DNA of 64,000 bases from Elusimicrobiota bacterium. GTDB lineage: Bacteria > Elusimicrobiota > Elusimicrobia > UBA1565 > JACRDR01. Position 1 is the stretch's first letter. The number at the start of each line of letters is the position of its first letter. Shown here one piece after another: positions 28,938 through 38,743 of this stretch. Under the pieces are notes generated by a model. It had not been told where the DNA came from and searched no databases. It was given only the letters and a program-made list of their open reading frames with translations. The DNA is taken from assembly GCA_041694815.1 (NCBI GenBank), contig JBGFSC010000049.1, forward strand, positions 49,281 through 113,280, given 5' to 3'. The position numbers and the translations under genes were made by a program.

Positions 28938-30461
28938 CTAACCCCTGCCGTAAGCCTCCGTCATTCGGCGCAGCCGCTGCGCGAGCGCGGCGCCGGGATC
29001 TCCGGGCTCAAGCCTCCAGCGCCAATTGGAGCGCGCCCGGCTGCCGGGCTGGTTCATCCGCGCGCGAGAGTCCAAGCCCAGCAGATCCTGCGCGGGCACG
29101 ATCGCGACGTCCGCGCGCGAGCGCAGCGCCGCCCGGATCATGTCCCAATGGATCTCGGCGCCGTCGGAGCCGAGGTAAAATAAGGCGCGCTCCCTCTCGC
29201 GCCGGATCTCCTCGCGGCTGCGCGTGCTGCGCGCCGACCCCCGGTCCCTAAACCAGCCCACGATCGTGTCGTTGTCGTGGGTCCCCGTATAGGCCACGCA
29301 GCGGCGAGGGTGGTTGTGCGGCAGGTAATTTTTCGCCTCGGGATCCTTGCCGAAGGCGAACTGCAGCACGCGCATCCCCGGGAAGCCGAAGCGGTCCCGG
29401 AGGGCCTTTACGCCGCCGGTGACCACTCCCAGGTCCTCGGCGATGAGCTCCAGGCGCCCCCCCAACCTCCGGCCGACGACTTGGAAGAACTCGGCGCCGG
29501 GCCCCGGCGCCCAACGCCCCTCGCGCGCCGTCCTCGCGCCGGCGGGGATTTCCCAATAGTTGTGGAAGCCGATGAAATGGTCAAGCCGCACGGCGTCGAA
29601 AAGCTCGAAGCCGCGGCGCAGCCGCTCGACCCACCAGGCATAACCCCGCTCGCGCAGGCGATCCCAACGGTAGAGCGGATTGCCCCAAAGCTGCCCGTCC
29701 TTGCTGAAATAATCGGGAGGCACCCCGGCCACCTTCTCGGGACTGCCGTCCTCGCGCAGCCAAAAATATTCCGGATGGGCCCAAACGTCGGCGCAATCGC
29801 GGGCAACGAAGATCGGCACGTCGCCGATGAAGGAGATCCCTTTTCGGGCCGCGTAGGCCTTGAGCGCCGACCATTGCGAAAAAAACAGGTATTGCAGGAA
29901 GCTCTCGAAACGCGCTCGTTCCCGCAGACGCCGCTCGGCGGCGGCGAGCTCTCGCGGCTGTCGCGCGCGCAGGGGGGCGTCCCAGAGCCACCAAGGCCGG
30001 CCGCGGCTCTCGTGCCGCAGGGCCATGAACAGGGAATAGTCACGCAGCCAGGAACGGTTGCGGCGGCAAAAATCCGCGAATCGGCCGTGGGCGCCGCGCC
30101 GCTCGAAGGCATGGAAGGCTTCTTGGAAAGCCTCCTGTTTGGCCTCCCGGGCCGTTTCGAAATCCGCGGGACCCTGGGGCAGCGCGCGGACCTTTCCTCC
30201 GAGCAGCCCGTCCTGGACCAGGCACTCGAGGCTGATGAACAGCGGGTTGCCGGCGAAGGCCGAGAGCGCGTTATAGGGGGAGCCCAAGGGGTCGGGCGGG
30301 TTGACGGGCAGCATCTGCCACCAGCGCTGGGAGGCCGCATATAAGAAATCGATGAAGCGGTAAGCCTCCGGCCCCAGGTCCCCGACGCCATGCGGCCCGG
30401 GCAGGGAGCTTAGATGCAGCAGGACGCCGCTGGAGCGTCGCGCGAGCGCGGAAGGCGCCAT
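28938..30461 (-). CDS. malQ: 4-alpha-glucanotransferase
   Basis: GVLLH..SLPG, GVPPDYFS..GQLWGNP, RLDHF, AEDLG and YTGTHDNDT motifs. Confidence 0.95.
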   Translation of the reverse strand: MAPSALARRSSGVLLHLSSLPGPHGVGDLGPEAYRFIDFLYAASQRWWQMLPVNPPDPLGSPYNALSAFAGNPLFISLECLVQDGLLGGKVRALPQGPADFETAREAKQEAFQEAFHAFERRGAHGRFADFCRRNRSWLRDYSLFMALRHESRGRPWWLWDAPLRARQPRELAAAERRLRERARFESFLQYLFFSQWSALKAYAARKGISFIGDVPIFVARDCADVWAHPEYFWLREDGSPEKVAGVPPDYFSKDGQLWGNPLYRWDRLRERGYAWWVERLRRGFELFDAVRLDHFIGFHNYWEIPAGARTAREGRWAPGPGAEFFQVVGRRLGGRLELIAEDLGVVTGGVKALRDRFGFPGMRVLQFAFGKDPEAKNYLPHNHPRRCVAYTGTHDNDTIVGWFRDRGSARSTRSREEIRRERERALFYLGSDGAEIHWDMIRAALRSRADVAIVPAQDLLGLDSRARMNQPGSRARSNWRWRLEPGDPGAALAQRLRRMTEAYGRG

Positions 30462-30506
30462 CGTTCGAGAACTTAGCACAATCGAAAGCCATTGGCGAGG
30501 AAACGA

Positions 30507-30526
30507 ATGTGACGAAACCGTTACAT
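30507..30526. promoter_or_regulatory. Palindromic operator candidate between divergent promoters
   Basis: atgtgacg-aaac-cgttacat (1 mismatch). Confidence 0.5.
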
Positions 30527-30604
30527 ATTCTTCACGCCCTTCCGCCAACGCCGTCTTATAATGGAATTGACGAAGAGGCTTGTGGCATTCATTAAGGAGG
30601 CGAT

Positions 30605-30772
30605 ATGGCCAGAAAACGTACGACCAAGAAGCGGACCGCCCACGGCTCTCGGGGCGCACACACGCGCCGGCGCATGAACCCCCAGATCCCGGCGAGCGAA
30701 GGCGAGAGGGAGCGTGGAGGCCTGCGAAAATCGGAAGAGGAGATGTCCGGCGACGAGCCGGTGTTGAGCTAG
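30605..30772 (+). CDS. Small 55-aa protein, basic N-half and acidic C-half (not in the ORF track)
   Basis: TATAAT at 30557, taaggagg RBS; MARKRTTKKRTAHGSRGAHTRRRMNPQIPASEGERERGGLRKSEEEMSGDEPVLS. Confidence 0.7.
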   Translation: MARKRTTKKRTAHGSRGAHTRRRMNPQIPASEGERERGGLRKSEEEMSGDEPVLS

Positions 30773-30779
30773 TCCTGTA

Positions 30780-31139
30780 CTAGAGGGATTTAAGTCCCAG
30801 GCGGACCCAGCCCGCCAAGAGCGCGGCCTCGGCGGCAGCGTCTAGCAGATAGATGGGCGAGATGACCCTCCCCATGGCGTAGACGACGTCGACCCCCGCC
30901 AGGACGGCCGCCGAGGCCATCGACAGGATCGCGATCTCCGGGACCGGGCGCTGGGCGAAGGCGGCCAAGGCCAGCGGCGCGCCGATGGAGGCGATCAAAA
31001 GCCCCACGGTCTTGACCAGCCACACGTCCGTCTTGGGCCCGGTGACCGCCTCGAAGCTCTTGTAGTTGAGCAGCGGCCACAGGCCCGTCAGGATATAGTA
31101 GAAGCCCTGCGTGAGCAATAGAATGGAAACGTCCCGCAC
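30780..31139 (-). CDS. Hypothetical 4-TM membrane protein
   Basis: Hydrophobic ORF with TGPKTD.WLV and ISPIYLLD; TAGAAT 6 nt before GTG. Confidence 0.7.
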   Translation of the reverse strand: MRDVSILLLTQGFYYILTGLWPLLNYKSFEAVTGPKTDVWLVKTVGLLIASIGAPLALAAFAQRPVPEIAILSMASAAVLAGVDVVYAMGRVISPIYLLDAAAEAALLAGWVRLGLKSL

Positions 31140-31274
31140 GCCGTCATTCTATTGGCGTGAAGCGGGGAAGTCCATGCGCCGGCGTTAAATAATTTTTGAC
31201 GAACCCCTGTCCAAGGACCCAGACGGGCCATAAGCCGTTAGGCCCTCGCTGGAACAAGGGCGTGCCGGTACCCT

Positions 31275-34200
31275 ATGGCGATGCGTTTGGACAGTTCCTA
31301 CGAACGCGAGCTGGGCGGCCCCGGCCTCGCGCGCGCCTCGCTGCGCCGGCCTATTACCGTTTTCGTGCTCGTTCTGGCGTTGGTGCTGGGCGCCGCAGTT
31401 TCGTTGCGTCGAATGCCGCGGGACATACTCCCGAGCCTGGGCACTCCCGTCCTCTACGTCGCCCAGCCGTATGGAGGGATGAGCCCCGCGCAGATGGAGG
31501 GATTTCTCACCTACTACTACGAATATCACTTCCTATACGTCACCGGCATCGAGCATGTCGAATCCAAATCGATCCAGGGCGTGGCTCTCATCAAGCTGGA
31601 GTTCCATCCCGGCACCGATATGGCCCAAGCGTTGGCCGAAACGATCAACTACGCCAACCGCGCCAGGGCTTTTATGCCTCCCGGGACCGTTCCTCCGTTC
31701 ATCATGCGCTTCGACGCCGGCAGCGTGCCGGTAGGGAATCTGGTGCTCGCCAGTCCGTCGCGGACGGTCGGCCAACTGCAGGACTTAGCGCTCAACCGCG
31801 TGCGTCCTTTATTCGCGACGCTGCCGGGGGTCTCGGCGCCGCCGCCTTTCGGCGCGAGCGCCCGGGCGATCGTCGTGCGGCTCGACCCGGAGAAGCTGCG
31901 CCGCTTCCACGTCTCGCCGGACCGGGTGGCGGAGGCGGTGGCCGCCGCGAACGTAATAACCCCGGCCGGCAATTTGCGCATCGGCGACCGTTATCCCTCG
32001 ATCCCGAGCAACTCCGTGGTGCGCGACATCCGCGAACTGGAAAACGTGCCTCTCCGGCTGGGCACCTCACCCACCGTTTTTGTGCGGGACGTCGGCTCGG
32101 TCGCGGACGCGACGGATATCCCCACCGGGTTCGCGCTCGTCAACGGCAAGCGCACGGTCTATATCCCCGTGACGAAGCGCTCGGACGCCTCGACCCTTTC
32201 GGTGGTGGACTCGGTGCGGGCCAACATGGAGAAGTTCAGGTCCGTGCTGCCCGAGGACGTCTCGATCGATTACGAGTTCGACCAGTCCGGCTACGTGCGT
32301 CGGGCGATCCGCTCGCTGCTCACTGAGGGCGCGCTCGGGGCGGTATTGGCGGGGCTCATGATTCTCTTGTTCCTGGGCGACGCCCGCAGCTCCGCTATCG
32401 TGGCGCTGACGATCCCCTTGGCGGTGCTCGCGGCCGCCGTCGGACTGAACCTCGCCGGGCAGACGATCAACGTGATGACGCTCGGAGGTCTCGCTCTTGC
32501 GGTCGGCATCTTGGTGGACGAGGCAACCGTGACCATCGAGAATATACACGCCCACCGAGCGGCAGGGGCGTCGTTGGGCCAGGCCGCGCTGGCGGCAACG
32601 GAGGAAACGTCCATGCCCCGGCTTCTCGCGATGCTCGCGATCCTCGCCGTCTTCCTGCCGACCTTCGCTATGACGGGAGCCGCGAAGGCCCTCTTCGCGC
32701 CGCTGTCGCTGGCGGTCGGATTCGCGATGCTGGCCTCCTATCTGCTTTCTAGCACCCTGGTCCCCGTGCTAGCCGCAGCGACCTTGGGAGCGGCGGCCCC
32801 GCATGCGGGGCCGCTCGACCGATCACTCGCCGCCTGGCGCTCGCGCTATGGCTGCGCGCTGGAACGGTTTATTCCGCGCCGCAGAGCGCTGCTCGCCGGC
32901 TATCTGGCGGGAGCGACGGCGGTCCTGGCCCTGGCCGGATCGAACCTGGGCCGCGAAATCTTTCCCGCGGCGGATTTCGACCAGTTCCAGATCCGGCTCC
33001 GCGCCCCGACGGGCACCGCGATCGAGGAGACCGAACGCCTCGCGCGGCGTTCGCTCGAGGCGATCGATAAGGAGTCCGGAGGAGTGCGGGTCTCCGTCGG
33101 GTTCGTCGGCGTGCAGCCTCCGAGCTTTCCGATTAATTCGATCCACCTATGGACCGCCGGCCCGGAGGAAGCGGTATTCCAGGTCGCACTCCTCCGGCCG
33201 CCGGCGGACGGAATCCAGGCTTTCAAGCAGCGCCTGCGGGAGCGGCTCGCGCGCGAGCTTCCCGATCTTGCGGTGTCTTTCGAGGCCTCGGACGTCATCG
33301 GCCGGGTCATGAGCCAGGGCGCGCCCGCGCCGATCGAGGTGGCGGTGACCGGACCGGATTTTGCGGCCGCTCTAACGTTCGCCCGCGCGGCGCGCGAACG
33401 GCTGGCGCGCATCCAGGCGCTGCGCGACGTGAGGCTTTCCCCCGCCGTGGACTACCCGTCGATGGCCGTCGAGATCGACCGCGTCCAGGCGGGCCTCTCC
33501 GGCCTTACCGCGGCGAAGGTCGGCAGCGCCCTGACGGCCGCCACTTCGTCGAGCCGTTACGGCACGCCCGTTTACTGGGCCGATCCTAGAAGCGGCATCG
33601 CCTATCAGGTGCAGGTCGAGCTCCAGCGAGACAAGCTCGCCTCGGCGGATCGCCTGGCCTCGCTGCCGGTCTCCGTCAATGGCGGCTCGGTGCCGCTAGG
33701 ACGCTTCGCGAAAATCGTGTCCACGACGACGGTCGCGGAATACGCCCGCTACAATATGCAGCGCATGGCGACGGTCGCCGCGAACATCCATGGCCAGGAT
33801 CTTGGTCGCGCCGCCGCGCAGGTACGCGCGGCTCTCAAAGAACTCGAGACCCAGCGCCCGAAAGGCATCGGGATCGCGCTGCGCGGCCAGGTGAAGCCGA
33901 TGGAGCAGATGTTCGACGGTCTCAAGAACGGCCTCCTTTTGACGATTGTCGCGCTGTTTTTGCTTCTGACGGCTAACTTCCAGTCTCCGCGGCTCGCAAT
34001 CGTCGTGCTGACCCCCGTGCCGGCGGCTTTGGGCGGGGCTGCGACGGTGCTTTGGGCCACCGGAACCACGCTCAACGCCCAATCCTTCATGGGATCGATC
34101 ATGGCGGTGGGCATCGCGATCGCCAACTCGATCCTCCTGGTTAGCTTCGCCGAGCGCGCGCGGCTCGAGGGACTGCATGGCGCCGCGGCGATCCTCGACG

Positions 34201-34451
34201 CGGCCCAGGGGCGCCTGCGCCCGATTCTTATGACGAGCGGCGCGATGATCGCCGGCATGCTGCCGATGGCGCTAGGCCTGGGCGAAAGCGGAAGCCAGAC
34301 GGCGCCGTTGGGCCGAGCCGTCGTCGGGGGACTCGGGGCGGCCACCCTCGCGACGCTGCTCGTGCTGCCCGTAGCCTATGCCGCCCTCAGGCGCGATCCC
34401 GCGCCCCGGCCCGTGGAGCAAGACCCCGACACCGTCGCGACCGTCGGATGA
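31275..34451 (+). CDS. RND efflux permease (AcrB/CusA superfamily)
   Basis: 1058 aa; GILVDEATVTIEN and RLRPILMT motifs; two periplasmic loops. Confidence 0.93.
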   Translation: MAMRLDSSYERELGGPGLARASLRRPITVFVLVLALVLGAAVSLRRMPRDILPSLGTPVLYVAQPYGGMSPAQMEGFLTYYYEYHFLYVTGIEHVESKSIQGVALIKLEFHPGTDMAQALAETINYANRARAFMPPGTVPPFIMRFDAGSVPVGNLVLASPSRTVGQLQDLALNRVRPLFATLPGVSAPPPFGASARAIVVRLDPEKLRRFHVSPDRVAEAVAAANVITPAGNLRIGDRYPSIPSNSVVRDIRELENVPLRLGTSPTVFVRDVGSVADATDIPTGFALVNGKRTVYIPVTKRSDASTLSVVDSVRANMEKFRSVLPEDVSIDYEFDQSGYVRRAIRSLLTEGALGAVLAGLMILLFLGDARSSAIVALTIPLAVLAAAVGLNLAGQTINVMTLGGLALAVGILVDEATVTIENIHAHRAAGASLGQAALAATEETSMPRLLAMLAILAVFLPTFAMTGAAKALFAPLSLAVGFAMLASYLLSSTLVPVLAAATLGAAAPHAGPLDRSLAAWRSRYGCALERFIPRRRALLAGYLAGATAVLALAGSNLGREIFPAADFDQFQIRLRAPTGTAIEETERLARRSLEAIDKESGGVRVSVGFVGVQPPSFPINSIHLWTAGPEEAVFQVALLRPPADGIQAFKQRLRERLARELPDLAVSFEASDVIGRVMSQGAPAPIEVAVTGPDFAAALTFARAARERLARIQALRDVRLSPAVDYPSMAVEIDRVQAGLSGLTAAKVGSALTAATSSSRYGTPVYWADPRSGIAYQVQVELQRDKLASADRLASLPVSVNGGSVPLGRFAKIVSTTTVAEYARYNMQRMATVAANIHGQDLGRAAAQVRAALKELETQRPKGIGIALRGQVKPMEQMFDGLKNGLLLTIVALFLLLTANFQSPRLAIVVLTPVPAALGGAATVLWATGTTLNAQSFMGSIMAVGIAIANSILLVSFAERARLEGLHGAAAILDAAQGRLRPILMTSGAMIAGMLPMALGLGESGSQTAPLGRAVVGGLGAATLATLLVLPVAYAALRRDPAPRPVEQDPDTVATVG

Positions 34452-35689
34452 GGGGCGCCGCCCTCCTCCTTTTCGTCGCCGCCTCAGCGAGCGCCTCGGA
34501 TCTGTCTCTCCTGGATGCCCTGCGGCGCGCCGAAGCCGCGAGCCCGGATATCCGCGCGGCCATAGCGCGCGAGGAACAGGCGCGTTCCGCCGAATCCGCG
34601 CGTCAGGCCGCCCTCTATCCAGCGCTCGAGCTGCACGCGATCCACAGCGGAGGTTTCATCGGCTCCAACGGCGCGCTATGGCTGGCCGGCTTGCCGGGCT
34701 CTCCTTTTCGCACGGGCCCCACGGCCGCGCTGGTCGGCCGCCTCGATCTCTTTGACGCTCGCAATATCCGCGGCGTCACCGTCTCCTCCCGGCAATTGCG
34801 GGCCGCTCAGGCGCGCACGGCCCTGGTCCGCTATCGCGTCGATCTGGCGGCCGCGAACGCGTTCCTCGACTGCGCTCGTCAAAGGGGAGCGCGGGAACTC
34901 TGGATCGAGCTCGCCGAAGAGATGCGGGAGGTCTCGGCGGCGGTGCAACGCCTGGTGCGCGCCGGCCAACACAGCCCCGTCGAGCGCCTGCTGGTCGAAG
35001 ATCAGGTTTTAGACGCGGAGGCCTCGGCCGCCATATTCGGGGTCCGCTACGAGGGAGCGCGGCGCCGGTTGGCGGCGCTTATCGGCGCGGGCGCGGATGA
35101 ATTTTCCTCTCCTCCGGCATGGTCCTTGTCCGAGGCGGACGCCGCCATGACGCCGGGAAACAATCCCTTGGAGGACGTGGCCGAGGCGGAGCTGGCCGCC
35201 GCGGAGGCCGGCGTGCTGGAACGGCGCGCCTTCCGCTTCCCCCGCCTGACCGCCGTCGGCAGCGTCGGCGCCATGGAAGGCGCCCGGCTGGTGGAGAGGA
35301 AAAATTATTCCGGAGGGCTGGGCATTGTCTTCCCGCTCTTCGAAGGTTTTCGCCAGTCGGCGGAGATCGAACGGGCGCAACGATTTACCGAGGAACGACG
35401 ACAGGAGCGCGCCTCGGTGCGGCTGATGATCGATCTCGAGCATTCCCGTTGGGACGAGCAATTGGAGACTTCTCGCGTCCGTCTGGCCGCTTTGCAACGA
35501 CAGCTCTCTCAAGCGAGGGAGGCCTTGGTGCTCGCCAAACGCCGGTACCTATCCTTTCAAGGCCCTCTCGTGGACGTGCGGGAAGCCCTGCGAAACCTCG
35601 CGCGCATCCGCAGTCAGCAAAACGAGGCGTCGGCCGACCTGGTGCTGGCGGCGGCCGCCAATCAACTGCTACTCGGCGGCGTTCCTTAA
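34448..35689 (+). CDS. TolC family outer membrane protein
   Basis: Signal peptide, YP.L/FP.L and PLFEG motifs, helical repeats; coupled to the RND gene. Confidence 0.85.
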   Translation: MRGAALLLFVAASASASDLSLLDALRRAEAASPDIRAAIAREEQARSAESARQAALYPALELHAIHSGGFIGSNGALWLAGLPGSPFRTGPTAALVGRLDLFDARNIRGVTVSSRQLRAAQARTALVRYRVDLAAANAFLDCARQRGARELWIELAEEMREVSAAVQRLVRAGQHSPVERLLVEDQVLDAEASAAIFGVRYEGARRRLAALIGAGADEFSSPPAWSLSEADAAMTPGNNPLEDVAEAELAAAEAGVLERRAFRFPRLTAVGSVGAMEGARLVERKNYSGGLGIVFPLFEGFRQSAEIERAQRFTEERRQERASVRLMIDLEHSRWDEQLETSRVRLAALQRQLSQAREALVLAKRRYLSFQGPLVDVREALRNLARIRSQQNEASADLVLAAAANQLLLGGVP

Positions 35690-35777
35690 AGCGGTTTTAC
35701 TGCTCCTTCTTCCAGATTGTTAAGCCGTTGTTAACGGCCTCTTCCTATCCTCCGCACTATTTCAAACATTGTGGGGC

Positions 35778-37592
35778 ATGGGCGCGCGACCCGCGACGAT
35801 TCTTTGCGCCGTTCTGCTGCCTTTATGCGCCGGCTCGGCCTCGGCCGTCAACGACCGATTCGGCGTCGCCCAAATATACCCCACCGTCTCCGGAGGGAAG
35901 GAATGGTTCTCCCAATGGACCGGCGCAGCCCGCAGCTTCACGTGGGGACAGGACCCGCGGGACCCCTGGTTCAACGGCAAGGGCGACGCGACCTACTCCG
36001 TGGACGGACAAGGCCAGATGGCCGTCTCCGGGCCGGTGCCGCGCCTCTACATCTTCGACCCGGCGCTGCAGAAGAGCTGGCGCAACGTGGAGATGACGGT
36101 CTACGCCAAGCGCGTCTCCGATAGCGGCACCCCTTGGGGCGGCGTGGTCGGCGTGGCGCGTACCAATCACGGCGTCGTAGGCGGATCCGAGACCTCCAAT
36201 CGCTGCGACTCCAGGGGCAACGGGGCGCGCTTCCGTTACGACGGGCATATCGACTTCGAAAAGGAGACCAGCCACCCCAATTCCGTCCCTATCTTAAATA
36301 AGACCCAGTGGCCGGGCGGGCTTCCTTACAACCAATGGATCGGCTACAAGCTCGTCGTCTACGACCTTCCCAACGGCAATGTGAAGCTCGAATCCTGGTA
36401 CGACGGCTCCGACGGCGCGGGGGGAGGCAAATGGGTCAAGATCAACGAGTTCGAAGACAACGGATCGAATTTCGGCGTCGGTGGTGTTCCCTGCGCGTCC
36501 GGGATCAATCCAGCCCTGCGCCTGACCAACAGCGATCAGCGTCCTGGCTCTCCGACCGCCAAGCCCAACATCGCCGTCTATTGGAGAAGCGACAACGTCG
36601 GAAGCAACGGGCTTATCTACAAGAAAATGAGCGTGCGGGAGATCGATCCTGCCGCGCCGCCTCCACCGCCTCCGCCTCCACCGCCTCCACCGCCGCCACC
36701 TCCCCCACCGCCGCCACCTCCCCCACCGCCACCTCCCCCGCCAGCCCCCACTCCCGATCCCGCTCCGGCGCCGAACCCGACTCCTGAACCAGGGCCGCAG
36801 CCGGATCCTCAGCCGCCACCCGCTCCTACCCCGCAACCCGAACCCGCGCCTCCGAGCGCTCCCGGCAGCGGCCAGGGAGCGGGCGATAGCAGCTCGGCGA
36901 CGGCAGCTATCGGCCCCTCGGGAGGATCCGTGTCCATCGCCCCCCCGTCCGGACCGGCCGATCTGCAGGTGCCTCCGGGAGCCTTCGCCCAAGACGTAAA
37001 CGTCACCCTGACATCTCCCTCCACGTTTCCGGCAGCGCCGATTCCCGCCTCCCCGGGTATCGGGCTCCGCGCCATGGGCGTGGGCCTCGACGTCTCGCTG
37101 TCGCCGCCGCTTCAGCCCTCCGCCGAGATTCCGATCCGCATCTCGTACCGGGACTCGGATGTCGCCGGGCTAGACGAGGCCAGGCTGATCATCGCGCGCT
37201 TCGACCCGTGGCGCAACGCCTGGATCCCGCTCGATTCGACTCCGGACCCGGCCTTAAACCGCGTGAGCGCCGCCACGAATCACTTCTCCCTTTTCCAGAT
37301 CATGCAGGCCAGCCCCGCCTCCGGGGTCTCCAACGCGCGGGTGTTTCCCAACCCGCTGCTCCCGGCCCAGGGGCATGCGCGCATGACCTTCCTCTCGCTG
37401 CCGGCCGGCGCCCGATTGCGCGTCTATGACCTCAAGGGCGTGTTGATCAAGGATTTGTCGGCCGACGCCGCGGGCATGGCCTCCTGGGATGGGACCAACG
37501 AGGCCGGCGCGCTGGTGGCCAGCGGCGTGTATTTTGTCTACGCGCAAGGCGGCGGGGAGCGCCGCACCTTCAAGGTAGCCATACAACGATGA
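35778..37592 (+). CDS. Exported protein: beta-rich (carbohydrate-active-like) domain, poly-Pro linker, T9SS-like/FlgD-Ig C-terminal domain
   Basis: Signal peptide; 29 consecutive Pro; TNHFSLF; RVFPNP..VYDLKG..WDGTN..G..VASGVYF..KVAIQR. Confidence 0.8.
   Translation: MGARPATILCAVLLPLCAGSASAVNDRFGVAQIYPTVSGGKEWFSQWTGAARSFTWGQDPRDPWFNGKGDATYSVDGQGQMAVSGPVPRLYIFDPALQKSWRNVEMTVYAKRVSDSGTPWGGVVGVARTNHGVVGGSETSNRCDSRGNGARFRYDGHIDFEKETSHPNSVPILNKTQWPGGLPYNQWIGYKLVVYDLPNGNVKLESWYDGSDGAGGGKWVKINEFEDNGSNFGVGGVPCASGINPALRLTNSDQRPGSPTAKPNIAVYWRSDNVGSNGLIYKKMSVREIDPAAPPPPPPPPPPPPPPPPPPPPPPPPPPPPPAPTPDPAPAPNPTPEPGPQPDPQPPPAPTPQPEPAPPSAPGSGQGAGDSSSATAAIGPSGGSVSIAPPSGPADLQVPPGAFAQDVNVTLTSPSTFPAAPIPASPGIGLRAMGVGLDVSLSPPLQPSAEIPIRISYRDSDVAGLDEARLIIARFDPWRNAWIPLDSTPDPALNRVSAATNHFSLFQIMQASPASGVSNARVFPNPLLPAQGHARMTFLSLPAGARLRVYDLKGVLIKDLSADAAGMASWDGTNEAGALVASGVYFVYAQGGGERRTFKVAIQR
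36657..36743 (+). repeat. (CCN)29 polyproline tract
   Basis: 87 nt of CCN codons. Confidence 0.9.
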
Positions 37593-38536
37593 GGCGAATG
37601 TGGACCCTCGCGGCCCTGCTGCTATGCGCCCCCGCCGCCCGCGCCGGCAGCTTTTCCTCCTCCTCCCGCGGCATAGCTGCGGCGCGATTTTTAGAGCTGG
37701 ATGTCGGCGCCCGCGCCGTCTCCCTCGGCGGCGCCTTCGCCGCCCTGGCGGACGACTCGAGCGCGCTGTACTGGAACCCGGCGGGCCTCACGGGCATCGA
37801 GAGACGCTCGGCGGGCTTCATGCACGCCTCCCACATCGACTCGAGTATTTTCAATTATGGCGCCTACGGGCAGAAATTGGGCCGGCGCGGCGCTTTCGGC
37901 GCCGGCTTCCAGTATTTCTCCGCCGGACCCATCGCGCAAACCGACGCGGCGGGCGCCGATATCGGGACCTTCTCGCCGTACGACCTGGCGCTGTCGATCG
38001 GCTACGCGCATGCCTTAGGCGGTGGATTCACGGCGCCCTTGGCCGGCTTTTCCGTGGGCGGCAGCGGCAAGTTCATCCAATCGAAAATACTCCGGGGGGC
38101 CCAGACCGCGGCCGTGGACCTGGGCCTGCTGTCGCCCTGGTATTTCAACCAGCGCTTCCGGTGGGCCCTGACCGCCGTCAACATGGGCGGGAAGCTGAAG
38201 TTCGATCAGGTCTCCCACGAGCTTCCCTTCGCCTTGAGGGCGGCCGGCGCCTTGCGGATCGACGAGCATTGGAGCGCCTCCGTAGACGCCGTCTTTCCGA
38301 AATTTGACCGGCCTTTCGCGGCCGTCGGCGTGGAATACCGGCTAGCGCCCATCGGGCCTTGGACCCTGGCCGCCCGTGGGGGATTCAGCTCCCAGACCAT
38401 CGGCGGCATCGATGGATTCAGCGGGATTTCGATGGGCCTGGGTTTCCGCTACCGCGGGTATGGGATCGATTATGCGTTCTTACCCTATGGAGGGGTGGGG
38501 CAGACGCATAGGATATCTCTTAACTATAACTTCTGA
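37589..38536 (+). CDS. PorV/PorQ-like outer membrane beta-barrel
   Basis: FL...VGARA..LGGA..A.ADD....YWNPAGL; ends DYAF.P.G..G.THRISL.YNF. Confidence 0.85.
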   Translation: MRRMWTLAALLLCAPAARAGSFSSSSRGIAAARFLELDVGARAVSLGGAFAALADDSSALYWNPAGLTGIERRSAGFMHASHIDSSIFNYGAYGQKLGRRGAFGAGFQYFSAGPIAQTDAAGADIGTFSPYDLALSIGYAHALGGGFTAPLAGFSVGGSGKFIQSKILRGAQTAAVDLGLLSPWYFNQRFRWALTAVNMGGKLKFDQVSHELPFALRAAGALRIDEHWSASVDAVFPKFDRPFAAVGVEYRLAPIGPWTLAARGGFSSQTIGGIDGFSGISMGLGFRYRGYGIDYAFLPYGGVGQTHRISLNYNF

Positions 38537-38590
38537 ACGGCGACTTATACGCGCCTCGGGCGCGTGACTCGTCGCGCTTGACGTTCGCGC

Positions 38591-38638
38591 GGTGCCAGGG
38601 ATTGACTTTCGCCTAGGCGAAAGTCAATCCCTGGCACC
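38591..38638. repeat. Perfect 48-bp palindrome, REP-like
   Basis: ggtgccagggattgactttcgcct|aggcgaaagtcaatccctggcacc. Confidence 0.85.
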
Positions 38639-38743
38639 ATCTTCGCGAATATTCCGCGCTCGGCGCGGTCGTCTGCGCCGAGCCCACGCGCTTAAAGCGC
38701 GTAAAAATTGCCGTTTACCTCGAAGCCGCGGCAAAAAATCCAT

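Noticed and set aside
5842..36096. Long overlapping or antisense ORFs (e.g. 5842-6915, 29277-30344, 31196-32326, 35119-36096)
   Set aside because: Arg/Pro/Gly-rich shadow frames expected in high-GC DNA, overlapping well-supported genes.
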